Of a DNA stretch of 64,000 nucleotides, positions 18,947-30,388 are shown one piece after another. Position 1 is the stretch's first letter. Every line of letters starts with the position of its first letter. Source of the DNA: a bacterium (GTDB lineage Bacteria > Patescibacteriota > Minisyncoccia > Moranbacterales > GWC2-37-73); assembly GCA_037140955.1 (NCBI GenBank), contig JBAXDL010000002.1, positions 105,846-169,845 on the forward strand, in the 5' to 3' direction. The translations under genes were made by a program, and so were the position numbers. A model generated the notes under the pieces. That model was not told the DNA's origin, searched no databases, and saw only the letters and a list, made by a program, of their open reading frames with translations.

Positions 18947-20950
18947 CTATAAAACAACAAGCAATGTCACTATCAATGTTCCGAGCACAAACAATAGATA
19001 ATATTGAATGCGACCACCTTGAATCATTTTCATCCTTTCGGCAACAAAATTCAATATACCAGCAATTGGTTCATAGATCTTATCCTTCCAAATAGAACTA
19101 AATGACAAAGTTAACACATATTTTCGAACCCAGGGATTTGTCTCAACAACTGGTATTGATGACAAAACCTTGTCACGACCTAGCAATTGCAAAAAGAAAA
19201 AACGAATTGGTCCAGAAAAAGCAGTTCCAGAATATTGCATGGTTGCGTCTATCGCTTGACCACAATCCCAAGTCTTATAAATTCTTTGATCATCTTTTTT
19301 AACAACAAATTTATACAAAGCATAAACGCCAAGCAAAAATACAGCTGGCAATAAAAATACCAAAACAGAAGAAAGGTTGCTATTTACTAGCGAAGATGAA
19401 ACTGAAGGAGCAGTCGCAAAAAGTTCGCTGCGCACGCTGAGCCATTTGATTATTGTTTTGGCAAAAATTCCCAAAACAATCACACCCAATCCAAGTGTCA
19501 TAATTGGCGCACTCAACATGTAGTCTGTTTTCTCAGCTCTTCTTTCAACATGCTTTGACTTTGAAAGACCAAGCATTGAGATACCAAAAATTTTGATCAT
19601 AGCAAACACAGCCAACCCACTAACCAATCCGATCGTTGCAATGCTCAGCACAAGCACGATCATGGTTGTTGAATCCAAAAGAGAATTATGTAAAACATTG
19701 ATCACATTTTGAACCAATCCCCATTCCCCATAAAATGTTCCAAATGGAGGAAGTGGCAATGAAGACAGAATTACAAGCAAAAATGCAAAAGAAAAAATTG
19801 GCATGATGTTGGCCAAACCTCCCATGACCTCAATTCTTTTGGAATGAAAACGATTGATCAGCACACCACTGCTCAAGAACAAGCCAGTCTTGAACAAGGC
19901 ATGATTGATGGCATGAAAAATCGCAAACACCACAAAAGCATTTGAAATCAAGACAACACTGTCCGCGCGACTTTGACTCAAAATATAAATCGCGATTCCA
20001 AGAATAGTAAAAATGATTCCCATGTTTTCAATACTACTATAGGCAAAAGCTCTTTTCACATCTCTTTCAATGACAGCATACAAAACACCCACCACCGCTG
20101 AAAGCAAACCAAGAATGATCACAACCAATCCCGCCCAAGCTGGCAAATTTGTCAAAGAAAAAACTATTTTAATAAAACCAAACACCGCAACTTTTAGCAT
20201 CAGTCCGCTCATCAAAGCTGAAATGTTGCTTGGTGCTTGAGGATGAGCCTCCGGAAGCCAAACATGAAATGGCACAAGTCCAGCCTTTGAACCAAAGCCA
20301 AACAAAAACAACACAAAAACCAAGCCACTTAGCATTGGAGAAAGATTTGAACTAGCCACCGCAATGCCAGAAAAATCAGAAAATATTGACCCCCAACCAA
20401 GAATCAGAAAACCACCCAAGATTGCACTTGCGCCAAGATGGGTCATAATGAAATACAAAAAAGCAGCCCGAATTGATTCTGGCGACTTGTCGATCATAAC
20501 CAAGAAAAAAGAAGCAATCGACATCACCTCCCAAAAAAACAAAAATCCAAAAGCATTATTTGAAAACAAAACTCCTTGCATACCAAGCACAAAAAAAGCG
20601 GTCAGAAATTGCACAACGGAAGGATTGTATGATTCTTCATACAATTCCAAATATCTGGTTGCATAGACACCAACCAAACAGGAAACACCAGCAATAAGCG
20701 TGAAAAATATTCCAGACAAGAGATTGATCGAAGGAGCAAAATTGAAAAGCCAACTCCAAGAACCAAGCAAAATGCTTTTTGTGGAAAAATTAAACAAATA
20801 TAGCATTCCAAAAATAAAACCAACCAAATTTGTGAGCACAAAAAGTTGAGCTGATTTTCTCCATTGACCACCAATAATAGCCAAGCCACCAGCAAAAATA
20901 AGACCCAAGAAATAAATAAAAATACCGTATGCAATAAAATCTATGGTCAT
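18947..20950 (-). CDS. HyfB-like antiporter (NuoL/MrpA family) membrane subunit
   Basis: FFWEVMS, GSKAGLVPFHVWLPEAHPQAPS, AYSSIENMG, WDCG...MQYSGTAF, QGGRIQYY. Confidence 0.9.
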   Translation of the reverse strand: MTIDFIAYGIFIYFLGLIFAGGLAIIGGQWRKSAQLFVLTNLVGFIFGMLYLFNFSTKSILLGSWSWLFNFAPSINLLSGIFFTLIAGVSCLVGVYATRYLELYEESYNPSVVQFLTAFFVLGMQGVLFSNNAFGFLFFWEVMSIASFFLVMIDKSPESIRAAFLYFIMTHLGASAILGGFLILGWGSIFSDFSGIAVASSNLSPMLSGLVFVLFLFGFGSKAGLVPFHVWLPEAHPQAPSNISALMSGLMLKVAVFGFIKIVFSLTNLPAWAGLVVIILGLLSAVVGVLYAVIERDVKRAFAYSSIENMGIIFTILGIAIYILSQSRADSVVLISNAFVVFAIFHAINHALFKTGLFLSSGVLINRFHSKRIEVMGGLANIMPIFSFAFLLVILSSLPLPPFGTFYGEWGLVQNVINVLHNSLLDSTTMIVLVLSIATIGLVSGLAVFAMIKIFGISMLGLSKSKHVERRAEKTDYMLSAPIMTLGLGVIVLGIFAKTIIKWLSVRSELFATAPSVSSSLVNSNLSSVLVFLLPAVFLLGVYALYKFVVKKDDQRIYKTWDCGQAIDATMQYSGTAFSGPIRFFFLQLLGRDKVLSSIPVVETNPWVRKYVLTLSFSSIWKDKIYEPIAGILNFVAERMKMIQGGRIQYYLLFVLGTLIVTLLVVL

Positions 20951-20959
20951 AGGATTATA

Positions 20960-21499
20960 TTAAGAATTTTTCTGATTAATAGCATTTAAAACACCTTTTA
21001 ATATTGCAGTTGGAGAAGGTGGATCGCCAGCAATGCAAATATCAACAGGAATGACTTTGTCCAAACCACCAACCACAGCATAGGAATCCTTCCAAATGCC
21101 GCCATCAATAGCACCATCGCCAAGAGCGACCACGATACAGGGACTTGGAGCGGCTTCATAGGTTGTTTTCACGGCGTTTTCCAGGTTTCTGGTTATTGGT
21201 CCTGACACAAACAGCATGTCAGCATGCCTCGGAGACGCCACAAAAGAAAGACCAAAACGGTCAATGTCATAATATGCGTTGTTCAGAGCTGTAAATTCAA
21301 TTTCTTCTCCGTTAGTAGATCCTCCATCCACAGCCCGGATGCGCAAAGATCTGCCTCCATAGAGCCTTTTTATGTTTTCTTTAAGTTCTTTGCCAACAGC
21401 TTCAAATTCAGCATCAGTGGCATCAGGGCGTAAAGTTTTTTCATCAATTGTAACCTTTGGACCAAATAATAAGACCTTGAGTAATTGGAAAAATTTCAT
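20960..21499 (-). CDS. Ehr small subunit (HyfI/HycG/NuoB homologue) with all four Fe-S cysteines substituted
   Basis: IRAVDGGSTNGEEIE, YDIDRFG..FVASPRHAD, ALGDGA, VIPVDICIAGDPPSP align to the family motifs GSCNGC, GDCA and PGCPP. Confidence 0.88.
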   Translation of the reverse strand: MKFFQLLKVLLFGPKVTIDEKTLRPDATDAEFEAVGKELKENIKRLYGGRSLRIRAVDGGSTNGEEIEFTALNNAYYDIDRFGLSFVASPRHADMLFVSGPITRNLENAVKTTYEAAPSPCIVVALGDGAIDGGIWKDSYAVVGGLDKVIPVDICIAGDPPSPTAILKGVLNAINQKNS

Positions 21500-21577
21500 A
21501 AGAATATGTCAGATTTTCATTTTTACTAGTAATAATATCAATTTTGCGCCACATTTTTCTTTTTGGCAAGTGTTTGC

Positions 21578-22018
21578 CTAATCGATCGTCACACCATGTC
21601 TGCTGTGGTGCTTTTTGGCAACACGAATACGCGCTGTTTCTTTTTCAATTGCAGCGGCAACTTTTGCATATTCCAGCTCATTCATTGAGATTTTTTGCTT
21701 GCTAATTTCTTGAGCGCGGTCCCTTGCCTGCTGGGCACGCTTCACATCAATTTCAACTGCAGCTTCAGCTGTGTCAGCAAGTACAACCAAAACATTGTCA
21801 TTAAACTCAATAAAACCACCAGAAACGACCAATAATTTTTCCTTGCCACCAACTTTAAACATAATCTCACCAGCCTTGAGGCCAGCAATATATGAACAAT
21901 GATCGGGCATGATGGTCACTTCCCCATCAGCAACAGGCAAAGTTATTTGCTCTACCTCCTTTTCAAGCACGGTGCGTTCAGGAGTAACAATCTTAAAATT
22001 AATTTTACTTGTAGACAT
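21578..22018 (-). CDS. atpC: ATP synthase epsilon subunit
   Basis: FKIVTPER, GEVTIMPDH, VSGGFIE, VLADTAE; last gene of the atp operon. Confidence 0.95.
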   Translation of the reverse strand: MSTSKINFKIVTPERTVLEKEVEQITLPVADGEVTIMPDHCSYIAGLKAGEIMFKVGGKEKLLVVSGGFIEFNDNVLVVLADTAEAAVEIDVKRAQQARDRAQEISKQKISMNELEYAKVAAAIEKETARIRVAKKHHSRHGVTID

Positions 22019-22023
22019 AATAT

Positions 22024-22145
22024 TAATTTCAAATCCAAATATCAAAATCTCAATTTCAAATAAATGACTCAAATCCAAATATCAAAATTTAGATTTTAAA
22101 ATTTTGGATTTTATTTGAAATTTTGATTTTAGATTTTAGATTTAA
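22024..22145. repeat. AT-rich heptamer-based inverted repeat block (family R3)
   Basis: 7-nt units (caaatc/caaaat type) mirrored by gatttt(a/g) units. Confidence 0.75.
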
Positions 22146-22184
22146 AAACAAATTTAAACAATAAATACTTTTAGGAATGTTAAT

Positions 22185-23567
<1,383 letters not shown>

Positions 23568-23605
23568 TTAATTAGAATAATTATACCTATTTAAAAGATT
23601 CTTAT

Positions 23606-23722
23606 AATTTCGAATTTCCAATTTCTAATTTTGAATCAATACTTAATTTCCAAATTTCTAATGTTTCAAACATTCACTCATTCGGACTTGATTCAAAATT
23701 CAAAATTCGAAATTCAAAATTG
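23606..23722. repeat. R3 heptamer inverted repeat block
   Basis: aatttcg-aatttcc-aatttct-aattttg ... caaaatt-caaaatt-cgaaatt-caaaatt. Confidence 0.8.
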
Positions 23723-23787
23723 TCTTCAAACTTCCCATCTGTCTACACCTTTCTTGAACCATAAACAGAATCAGAACTTCAAACTAT

Positions 23788-23816
23788 TGACAAAATGATG
23801 ATTTAGGTGTATTATA
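23788..23816 (+). promoter_or_regulatory. sigma70 promoter, antisense to the atp operon
   Basis: TTGACA-17 bp-TATTAT. Confidence 0.65.
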
Positions 23817-23874
23817 TATGGTTGATGATTCATTGAATCATTACAACAAAATTCTAACACAAAAGGAGTTAGAC

Positions 23875-24045
23875 ATGGAAAAGTTGAAAATTTTTGAAGG
23901 AAAGATCTCCAACCTAGAAACAGATGTCAACACCTGGTTATCTGAAAATCCAGATATCAAGATAATTGAAAGGAAATTTTCCACAGAAGTTGATCAGTCA
24001 TTCACAAGCAGGTTTGTATATGTAGCAATATTTTATACAAACTAA
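23875..24045 (+). CDS. 56-aa small protein, possibly Cse60/DUF2758-like
   Basis: AAGGAG SD, own promoter and terminator (24060-24102); pattern KLKIF...LETDVNTWL..NPDIKII...VAIFY. Confidence 0.6.
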   Translation: MEKLKIFEGKISNLETDVNTWLSENPDIKIIERKFSTEVDQSFTSRFVYVAIFYTN

Positions 24046-24137
24046 TCAAAGAGTTATCCAGCCACCCTTTCGCAAGATTCTTTGCGATGGGTGGTTTTTT
24101 TTATGCGCCTATTTTTTCAAAGATACTATCAGAGTTC

Positions 24138-24173
24138 AATCCTGGATTCCTGATCAAGTCAGGAATGACAAGG
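24138..24173. repeat. REP-like palindrome (GTCATTCC-N-GGAATCCA family)
   Basis: aatcctggattcctgatcaagtcaggaatgacaagg; matches 27391-27425. Confidence 0.8.
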
Positions 24174-24385
24174 TTTTGAATTCTGAATTATATTTTTGAC
24201 TTTATTATTGTTCACTGATATATTTCATTTACGATTTTAAATTCGATAAGGAGGTTTTTTGTTTGAAACATTTTTGTTCTTTTTTTTGAAACACTGTCCA
24301 CCATTTTGCAACCTCATCACAATCGATTGAATTTGTATGACATTGTTCATGCAAAATAAAATCAAAAGACAAAGGAGAAACAAAA

Positions 24386-24559
24386 ATGAGAAAACTGTTT
24401 TTTGCAATCATTGCCATCATCATTTCAATCACCCCAGCCATTGCACATGAAATTGGCATGCAGCACGACCATCATGACAATTGGGAAACAGTCTCTGTTT
24501 TTGCCATTATTGCCTTGATAATTCTCGGCAGAGTAATTTACAAAAAAATGGAAAAATAA
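24386..24559 (+). CDS. 57-aa His-rich small membrane protein (not in the ORF track)
   Basis: MRKLFFAIIAIIISITPAIAHEIGMQHDHHDNWETVSVFAIIALIILGRVIYKKMEK; AAGGAG SD; terminator at 24587-24622. Confidence 0.65.
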   Translation: MRKLFFAIIAIIISITPAIAHEIGMQHDHHDNWETVSVFAIIALIILGRVIYKKMEK

Positions 24560-24659
24560 AATACAATTCCAAACATCTCTACTATTGCGCCCACACAAAT
24601 CATTGTGTTGGGCGCGTTTTTTAATTTTCAAAAGTACTTATTTTCTACGAATTACAAAT

Positions 24660-25619
24660 TTATTCCAATGCTGCTCGTCCTGCAGAAATCTCAGCAATTT
24701 CCTGGGTAATCTTTCCTTGTCTGATCTGATTGTATGCCAAGGTCAAATCGTCGCTCATTTCTTTTGCCGCATCAGTTGCATTTCTCATGGCCATCATGCG
24801 AGCTGATTGCTCAGATGCTTGCGATTCAAGCACGCCATGGAAAAGCTGCATCTCAATCAAACGTGGAATAATAAATTCCAAAACCTCACTTGCACTTGGC
24901 TCAATCTTGTATTCAACTACTGGCTCCTCTAATCCATATTCTTTGGCAATAACATCCATTTCAGCAATTTGTTTTTCAATATCAATCTTGGAAATTGGCA
25001 ACACTTGGCGAATGCGAGTTTGCTGATTTACTGCTGAAATATAATCAGTATAAATCATCACAACTTTGTCATATTTTTTTGCCAAATAATCATCCATCAC
25101 AATTTTCGAAAGAGGTTTGATGTCGACAACTGTTGCAAACTTTCCACCATCTGGAAAAGCAGCAATAATTTCTTTTTGCATTTTCCTGACAATATTTCCA
25201 CCCTTTTTTCCAACCACAATAAAATCAACTTTCAAGTCTTCATTCTTAATCTTAGACTCAATTTTCTTTTTTCCAATTCTGTTTATTTTCAATTTTTCAG
25301 GATGCAAGATTTCTTCCTTTATTTTCTTGGCAACTTGCGTATTGAATGATCCACAAAGACCACGATTGGAAGTTATTGCAATCATCAAAACACTTTTCAC
25401 TTCACGCACCTCCAAAAATCCATAATTTTCTGATGACTCAAATGCCCTAGCAAGATTGGTTAGCACACTCCAAGCAGCATGAGCATAGGCCCTAATCCCA
25501 AGCACGCTTGCAACAGCTCTGCGCATTTTGGCAGCAGAAACCATCTCCATTGCTTTGGTGATTTTTCTTGTGCTATTTATCGACCGAATGCGTCGTTTTA
25601 TATCTAGTGAACTGGCCAT
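24660..25619 (-). CDS. atpG: ATP synthase gamma subunit
   Basis: KITKAMEMVSAAK, RGLCGSFN, RMMAMRNATD, RQGKITQEIAEI. Confidence 0.98.
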   Translation of the reverse strand: MASSLDIKRRIRSINSTRKITKAMEMVSAAKMRRAVASVLGIRAYAHAAWSVLTNLARAFESSENYGFLEVREVKSVLMIAITSNRGLCGSFNTQVAKKIKEEILHPEKLKINRIGKKKIESKIKNEDLKVDFIVVGKKGGNIVRKMQKEIIAAFPDGGKFATVVDIKPLSKIVMDDYLAKKYDKVVMIYTDYISAVNQQTRIRQVLPISKIDIEKQIAEMDVIAKEYGLEEPVVEYKIEPSASEVLEFIIPRLIEMQLFHGVLESQASEQSARMMAMRNATDAAKEMSDDLTLAYNQIRQGKITQEIAEISAGRAALE

Positions 25620-25649
25620 AGTATTTAATATTTTCTGAATTTATCCAGA

Positions 25650-25742
25650 TTCCAATTTTAAATTTTAAGTTTTAAATTTTAAATTAATTTTCAAATATTT
25701 AAATATTTTTTATATTCTATTTAAAATTTTTAATTTAAAATT
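25650..25742. repeat. R3 heptamer repeat block
   Basis: aatttta-aatttta-agtttta-aatttta units with a partial mirror. Confidence 0.65.
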
Positions 25743-25748
25743 CTGCGT

Positions 25749-27257
25749 TTACGCGGTCTGATATATTTCTTTAAATTCCTTTATTGCCTTTTCCAATGCT
25801 GCCACAACCTCATCTGACAATTCTTTCTTTTCACCAATAAGTGTGATCAAATCTTTTGCATTTGAATCTAGATATTTGTGAAAATCAGCTTCCCAACTTC
25901 TGATGTTTTCAACTTCCACATCATCAACAAAACCATTGGTAAGAGCATACAAAATTGCAACTTGATGCTCAACAATCATTGGCTCATATTGCCCTTGCTT
26001 CAAAATCTCAACTGACCTTCTTCCTCTTTCGATTTGATTTCTGGTTTTTTCATCAAGATCAGATCCAAATTGCGCAAAAGCTTCCAATTCGCGAAATTGT
26101 GCCAATTCAAGTCTCATTTTTCCAGCCACTTTTTTCATGGCCTTGATTTGAGCAGATCCACCCACACGAGAAACAGAGAGACCAACATTCACAGCAGGAC
26201 GAATACCCTTGTAAAACAAATCTGATTCCAAGAAAATTTGACCATCAGTAATAGAAATAACATTGGTTGGGATGTAAGCTGAAACATCACCCGCCTGTGT
26301 TTCAATAATTGGAAGTGCTGTCATTGAGCCGCCCCCAAAATCAGCGTTTAATTTTGCACTTCTTTCCAAAAGACGAGAATGCAAATAAAAAACATCTCCA
26401 GGATATGCTTCGCGTCCTGGTGGTCGCTTCAAGATCAAGGAAATTTGACGATATGCCCAAGCGTGACGAGAAAGATCATCAAAAACAATTAGCACATCCT
26501 CTCCCTTGTCCATGAAATATTCTCCCAGCGCGCAACCTGAATATGGAGAAATATAGGAAAGAGCTGAAGATTCTGAAGCACCTGCAACCACAATGGTGGT
26601 ATATTCCATGGCTCCACGCTTTTCAAGCTCACCCAAAATTCTGGCAATCTTTGATTCTTTTTGTCCAATTGCAACATAAATGCATTTCATGTTTTGGCCT
26701 TTTTGATTGATGATAGTGTCAATTGCAATCGCTGTTTTTCCAGTTTGACGATCACCAATAATAAGCTCGCGTTGTCCTCGTCCAATTGGAATCATCGCAT
26801 CAATTGCTTTTATGCCAGTTTGCACAGGCTGATGAACTGACTTACGAGTAATCACGCCCGGTGCAATTTTTTCCACTGGATAAAATTTGTCAGCCACAAT
26901 ATCACCCTTTCCATCAACTGGAATTCCCAAAGGGTTGATCACGCGTCCAATCATAGCATCAGAAACTGGAATAGAGAGAACATTGCCGGTTGCCTTCACA
27001 ACATCTCCTTCTTTGATTCCAATATAATTTCCAAGCACAATGACACCAACTCGATCCTCTTCAAGATTAAGTGCTACACCGATTTCTCCATTAGGAAATT
27101 CAACCATTTCTGATGCCATCAAATCTGAAAGTCCTGAAACGCGAGCAACTCCATCGCCAATTTCAATAACGCTGCCAACCTTTTCAGTAGTGGTTTCGGT
27201 TCTGAATCCTTCAATCTGCTTTTTGAGTTGTTCTATTATGTAGTCCTTGTTAGCCAT
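25749..27257 (-). CDS. atpA: ATP synthase alpha subunit
   Basis: [39 protein letters not shown]. Confidence 0.99.
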   Translation of the reverse strand: MANKDYIIEQLKKQIEGFRTETTTEKVGSVIEIGDGVARVSGLSDLMASEMVEFPNGEIGVALNLEEDRVGVIVLGNYIGIKEGDVVKATGNVLSIPVSDAMIGRVINPLGIPVDGKGDIVADKFYPVEKIAPGVITRKSVHQPVQTGIKAIDAMIPIGRGQRELIIGDRQTGKTAIAIDTIINQKGQNMKCIYVAIGQKESKIARILGELEKRGAMEYTTIVVAGASESSALSYISPYSGCALGEYFMDKGEDVLIVFDDLSRHAWAYRQISLILKRPPGREAYPGDVFYLHSRLLERSAKLNADFGGGSMTALPIIETQAGDVSAYIPTNVISITDGQIFLESDLFYKGIRPAVNVGLSVSRVGGSAQIKAMKKVAGKMRLELAQFRELEAFAQFGSDLDEKTRNQIERGRRSVEILKQGQYEPMIVEHQVAILYALTNGFVDDVEVENIRSWEADFHKYLDSNAKDLITLIGEKKELSDEVVAALEKAIKEFKEIYQTA

Positions 27258-27306
27258 ATTATTGATTCTACTAATTACAAATTATTACAAATTTACAAAT
27301 GTTTCG

Positions 27307-27425
27307 TGTCATTCCGGGCTCGACCCGGAATCCAGGATTAGCACATCTCACCTTTTATTAAAAAAATCTTTATTTTATAGCCTAAGTTCAAATCCTGGAT
27401 TCCCGCCTCCGCGGGAATGACAAGG
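27307..27425. repeat. Inverted pair of REP-like palindromes (REPIN-like)
   Basis: tgtcattccgggctcgacccggaatccaggatt (27307-27339) and aatcctggattcccgcctccgcgggaatgacaagg (27391-27425). Confidence 0.85.
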
Positions 27426-27827
27426 TTATTTTTCTAAAACTTTTTTTAATTTCCTGAGCTGCCCTGCCACACTTCCATCGATCACTTCGTCGCCTACTCT
27501 TATTATTATTCCGCCATGAATTCTTTCATTTATGATACTTGTAATTTTAACTTTTTCAGCCTTATACTTTAATTTGATAAAATTTTCAATTTCTTTGTAT
27601 TTTGCATCTTGTATTTTGTATTTTGTGACTACTTCAGCCAAAACAATTCCATGTGCTGCATTATATAGTTCTGCAAATTTTTCCATAACCCTCTCTGCAT
27701 TCTTGAGTTGCCCATCATTTTTGAGCTGCTCGGCGAATTTCTTCACAATCACCAAAACTTCCTGCTCAGATTTTCCATCTGTCAGATCAAAAAGTGTTTG
27801 AGAATATTGTTTGATACTAACTTTCAT
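27426..27827 (-). CDS. atpH: ATP synthase delta subunit (short form)
   Basis: QYSQTLF, IHGGIIIRVGDEVIDGSV; position between atpF and atpA. Confidence 0.9.
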   Translation of the reverse strand: MKVSIKQYSQTLFDLTDGKSEQEVLVIVKKFAEQLKNDGQLKNAERVMEKFAELYNAAHGIVLAEVVTKYKIQDAKYKEIENFIKLKYKAEKVKITSIINERIHGGIIIRVGDEVIDGSVAGQLRKLKKVLEK

Positions 27828-27831
27828 AAGT

Positions 27832-27976
27832 TTAATTTTGAATTTCCAATTTCGAATTTTGAATCAATCATTAATTAATGAATTTCTAATGCTTTAAACG
27901 TTCTGTCATTCTGATTTCATTTGAAATTTTTGCTCCAAGCTTATCCTTTGGGGACAAAATTCAGACTTCGAAATTC
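27832..27976. repeat. R3 heptamer inverted repeat block
   Basis: aattttg-aatttcc-aatttcg-aattttg ... caaaatt-cagactt-cgaaatt. Confidence 0.8.
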
Positions 27977-28468
27977 CTATTCATTTATCACTTTTTCTAT
28001 AACACTCTTATCTTTTTCTAAATCTAATTTTGTATCAATAATCTTACTCGTTGCAGCAATGACTAGTTCGGCGATTTGCCCTTTCACTTCCTGCATCATC
28101 TGATTCTTTTCAAGTTCAATTTTCTTGGCAGAATCTGACAGAATTTTTTCAGCTTGATTCTTCGCTTCTCCAATAATTTCTTCTTTATTCTTCACTGCCA
28201 CTGCTTCAGCATTAGCCACAATTTCTTGGGCTGCCTTTCGGGCCTCAATCAAAACAGTCTTTTCCTTTTCTTCAATTTCCAAAAGCTTCTTGCCAGCATT
28301 TTGGGCATTCTCAATGCCCTTTTCAATCTTCTCACTTCTCTCAGTCATCAATTTTAGCATTGGACCATAGGCAAATTTCTTGAGTACAAAAAAAACAATT
28401 GCAAAGTTTACCAATTGCGCAAGAATAAGTTTGATGTCGATGTGAAATGTTTTGATAAGTTCTTCCAT
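27977..28468 (-). CDS. atpF: ATP synthase Fo subunit b
   Basis: AQLVNFAIVFFVLKKFAYGP...ERSEKI followed by coiled coil. Confidence 0.95.
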   Translation of the reverse strand: MEELIKTFHIDIKLILAQLVNFAIVFFVLKKFAYGPMLKLMTERSEKIEKGIENAQNAGKKLLEIEEKEKTVLIEARKAAQEIVANAEAVAVKNKEEIIGEAKNQAEKILSDSAKKIELEKNQMMQEVKGQIAELVIAATSKIIDTKLDLEKDKSVIEKVINE

Positions 28469-28484
28469 AATTTTAATGCTCCAG

Positions 28485-28590
28485 TTTTAAATTTTAAGTT
28501 TTAAATTTTAAATTAATTTTAAATTATCAAATGTTTAAAATTTAAGCATTTTGATTTGATTTAAAACTTATAATTTAAAATTTAAAATTA
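28485..28590. repeat. R3 heptamer inverted repeat block
   Basis: tttta-aatttta-agtttta-aatttta ... taaaatt-taaaatt. Confidence 0.75.
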
Positions 28591-28641
28591 TTTTTCAAAT
28601 AATCTCATTTTGCCTCACTCCGAAGAATGAGACATTTGAAA

Positions 28642-28902
<261 letters not shown>

Positions 28903-28934
28903 TTAGGGAGAATGGATATTGTCAACAAATTATT

Positions 28935-29080
28935 AATTAATTTTTAATTCACAATTTTTAATTTTTAAATAATTTCTCAATTCATAAATGATTTCCCTCA
29001 AAGGATAAACTTGAAGCAAAAAACATTTGAAAATTTTGATTTATTTGTAAAAATTAAAAATTTAAAATTAAAAATTCCAA
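28935..29080. repeat. R3 heptamer inverted repeat block
   Basis: aattttt units mirrored by aaaaatt units. Confidence 0.7.
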
Positions 29081-29093
29081 TACTTTGCATTGT

Positions 29094-29933
29094 CTAGTGT
29101 TCCTCATTGGTCGTGGCAATTGACATAAATGCCAGCGTCAAAATTGCAAAAACCAAAGCTTGCACAATTCCCACAATCAATTCCAAAAACATAAACGGCA
29201 ATGGCAAAATAAAAGCGGAAATCGCCATCATCGACGCCAGCAAAACCTCTCCAGCAAAAATGTTTCCAAAAAGTCGCAGCGACAGTGATGCAATTTTTGC
29301 AATCTCTCCCACAATCTCAATAAGTCCCACAAAGATCTTAATTGGATTTACCATCAAAATAGTTGGGTCTTTTTTTATTTTCTTGGGAATTGCCAAAATA
29401 GCTTTCAGATTAACAAACTTGTTGAAATGATTCCAGCCGCCAATCATAATGACTCCAAAAATATGCGAAATGACAACTGAAAAAAGTGCAATCGCAAGAG
29501 TGGTGTTAAGATCTGCTGTGGCACCGCGAAGCAGTGGCACAAAAACTTTTCCGTGCTCACCTGTTTCCACAAAACCTATTGTTCCAACTCCAGGAAGAAG
29601 CCCCATCCAATTACTAACCAAAATAAAAAGGAAAAGCGCCAAAACAATTGGCAAAAATTTCAAGGTTTTTTTGCGACCACCGGTAACACTGTCAGCCATC
29701 ACAAGTGCTTGCTCAAGAATTATTTCAAAAATATTTTGCAAAGCTGACATCTTTTTTGTTTTCTTTGCAGCCTTTTTTCCAACCATCACAAAAAAAGTCA
29801 CCAAAATAATCACCGTGATCCAACTCATGATCAAGGAATTGGTGATAGTAAAAGTTCCTAGATGCAAAATAGGCTCAGCGAAAAGAGTGCTTTCATGTTG
29901 TATTTCTGAATTGTTTGTATTTTCAGTAGACAT
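29094..29933 (-). CDS. atpB: ATP synthase Fo subunit a
   Basis: NWMGLLPG, TADLNTT, SLSLRLFGNIFAGE, QALVFAILT. Confidence 0.97.
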   Translation of the reverse strand: MSTENTNNSEIQHESTLFAEPILHLGTFTITNSLIMSWITVIILVTFFVMVGKKAAKKTKKMSALQNIFEIILEQALVMADSVTGGRKKTLKFLPIVLALFLFILVSNWMGLLPGVGTIGFVETGEHGKVFVPLLRGATADLNTTLAIALFSVVISHIFGVIMIGGWNHFNKFVNLKAILAIPKKIKKDPTILMVNPIKIFVGLIEIVGEIAKIASLSLRLFGNIFAGEVLLASMMAISAFILPLPFMFLELIVGIVQALVFAILTLAFMSIATTNEEH

Positions 29934-29965
29934 CTTTGTAAATTAAAATCTGTAAAATGTTCACT

Positions 29966-30084
29966 ACTCAAATTTCGAATTTCCAATTTTGAATTTTGAA
30001 TGAATTTCCAATGATTGAATTTTGAATGTTTCAAGCATTGCATCATTAAGATTTTATTCGAAATTCAAAATTCAGACTTCGAAA
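29966..30084. repeat. R3 heptamer inverted repeat block
   Basis: aatttcg-aatttcc-aattttg-aattttg ... cgaaatt-caaaatt-cagactt-cgaaatt. Confidence 0.8.
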
Positions 30085-30327
30085 TTATTTACTATTACCA
30101 TTATCCATTTCTCTCAGCCCAATTCTTATTATCATTACTATGGAGACAGCAAAGGCCGCTGCCACGCTAAACAAAAATGCCCAGGGAGTTGTTTGAAATG
30201 TTTTGTCTAGATATTTTCCAATCAAGACAGCAATCAAGACCGGTCCGACAATCCAAGAGCTTAGCCTCAAAAAAAGGATTGCTCCGGGTTGCCACCAACT
30301 CACGTTTTTATTTTGCTTATCCTCCAT
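30085..30327 (-). CDS. AtpZ/AtpI (gene 1) family protein
   Basis: Two TM segments, IGKYLDKTFQTTPW motif; first gene of the atp operon. Confidence 0.8.
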   Translation of the reverse strand: MEDKQNKNVSWWQPGAILFLRLSSWIVGPVLIAVLIGKYLDKTFQTTPWAFLFSVAAAFAVSIVMIIRIGLREMDNGNSK

Positions 30328-30359
30328 ACAAATCCAATATTTTAAGCAGTACGTATTTA

Positions 30360-30388
30360 ATTATCTCGCAAAACTTGGCTTGCGTCAA
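30360..30388 (-). promoter_or_regulatory. sigma70 promoter of the atp operon
   Basis: TTGACG-17 bp-GATAAT on the minus strand. Confidence 0.5.
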
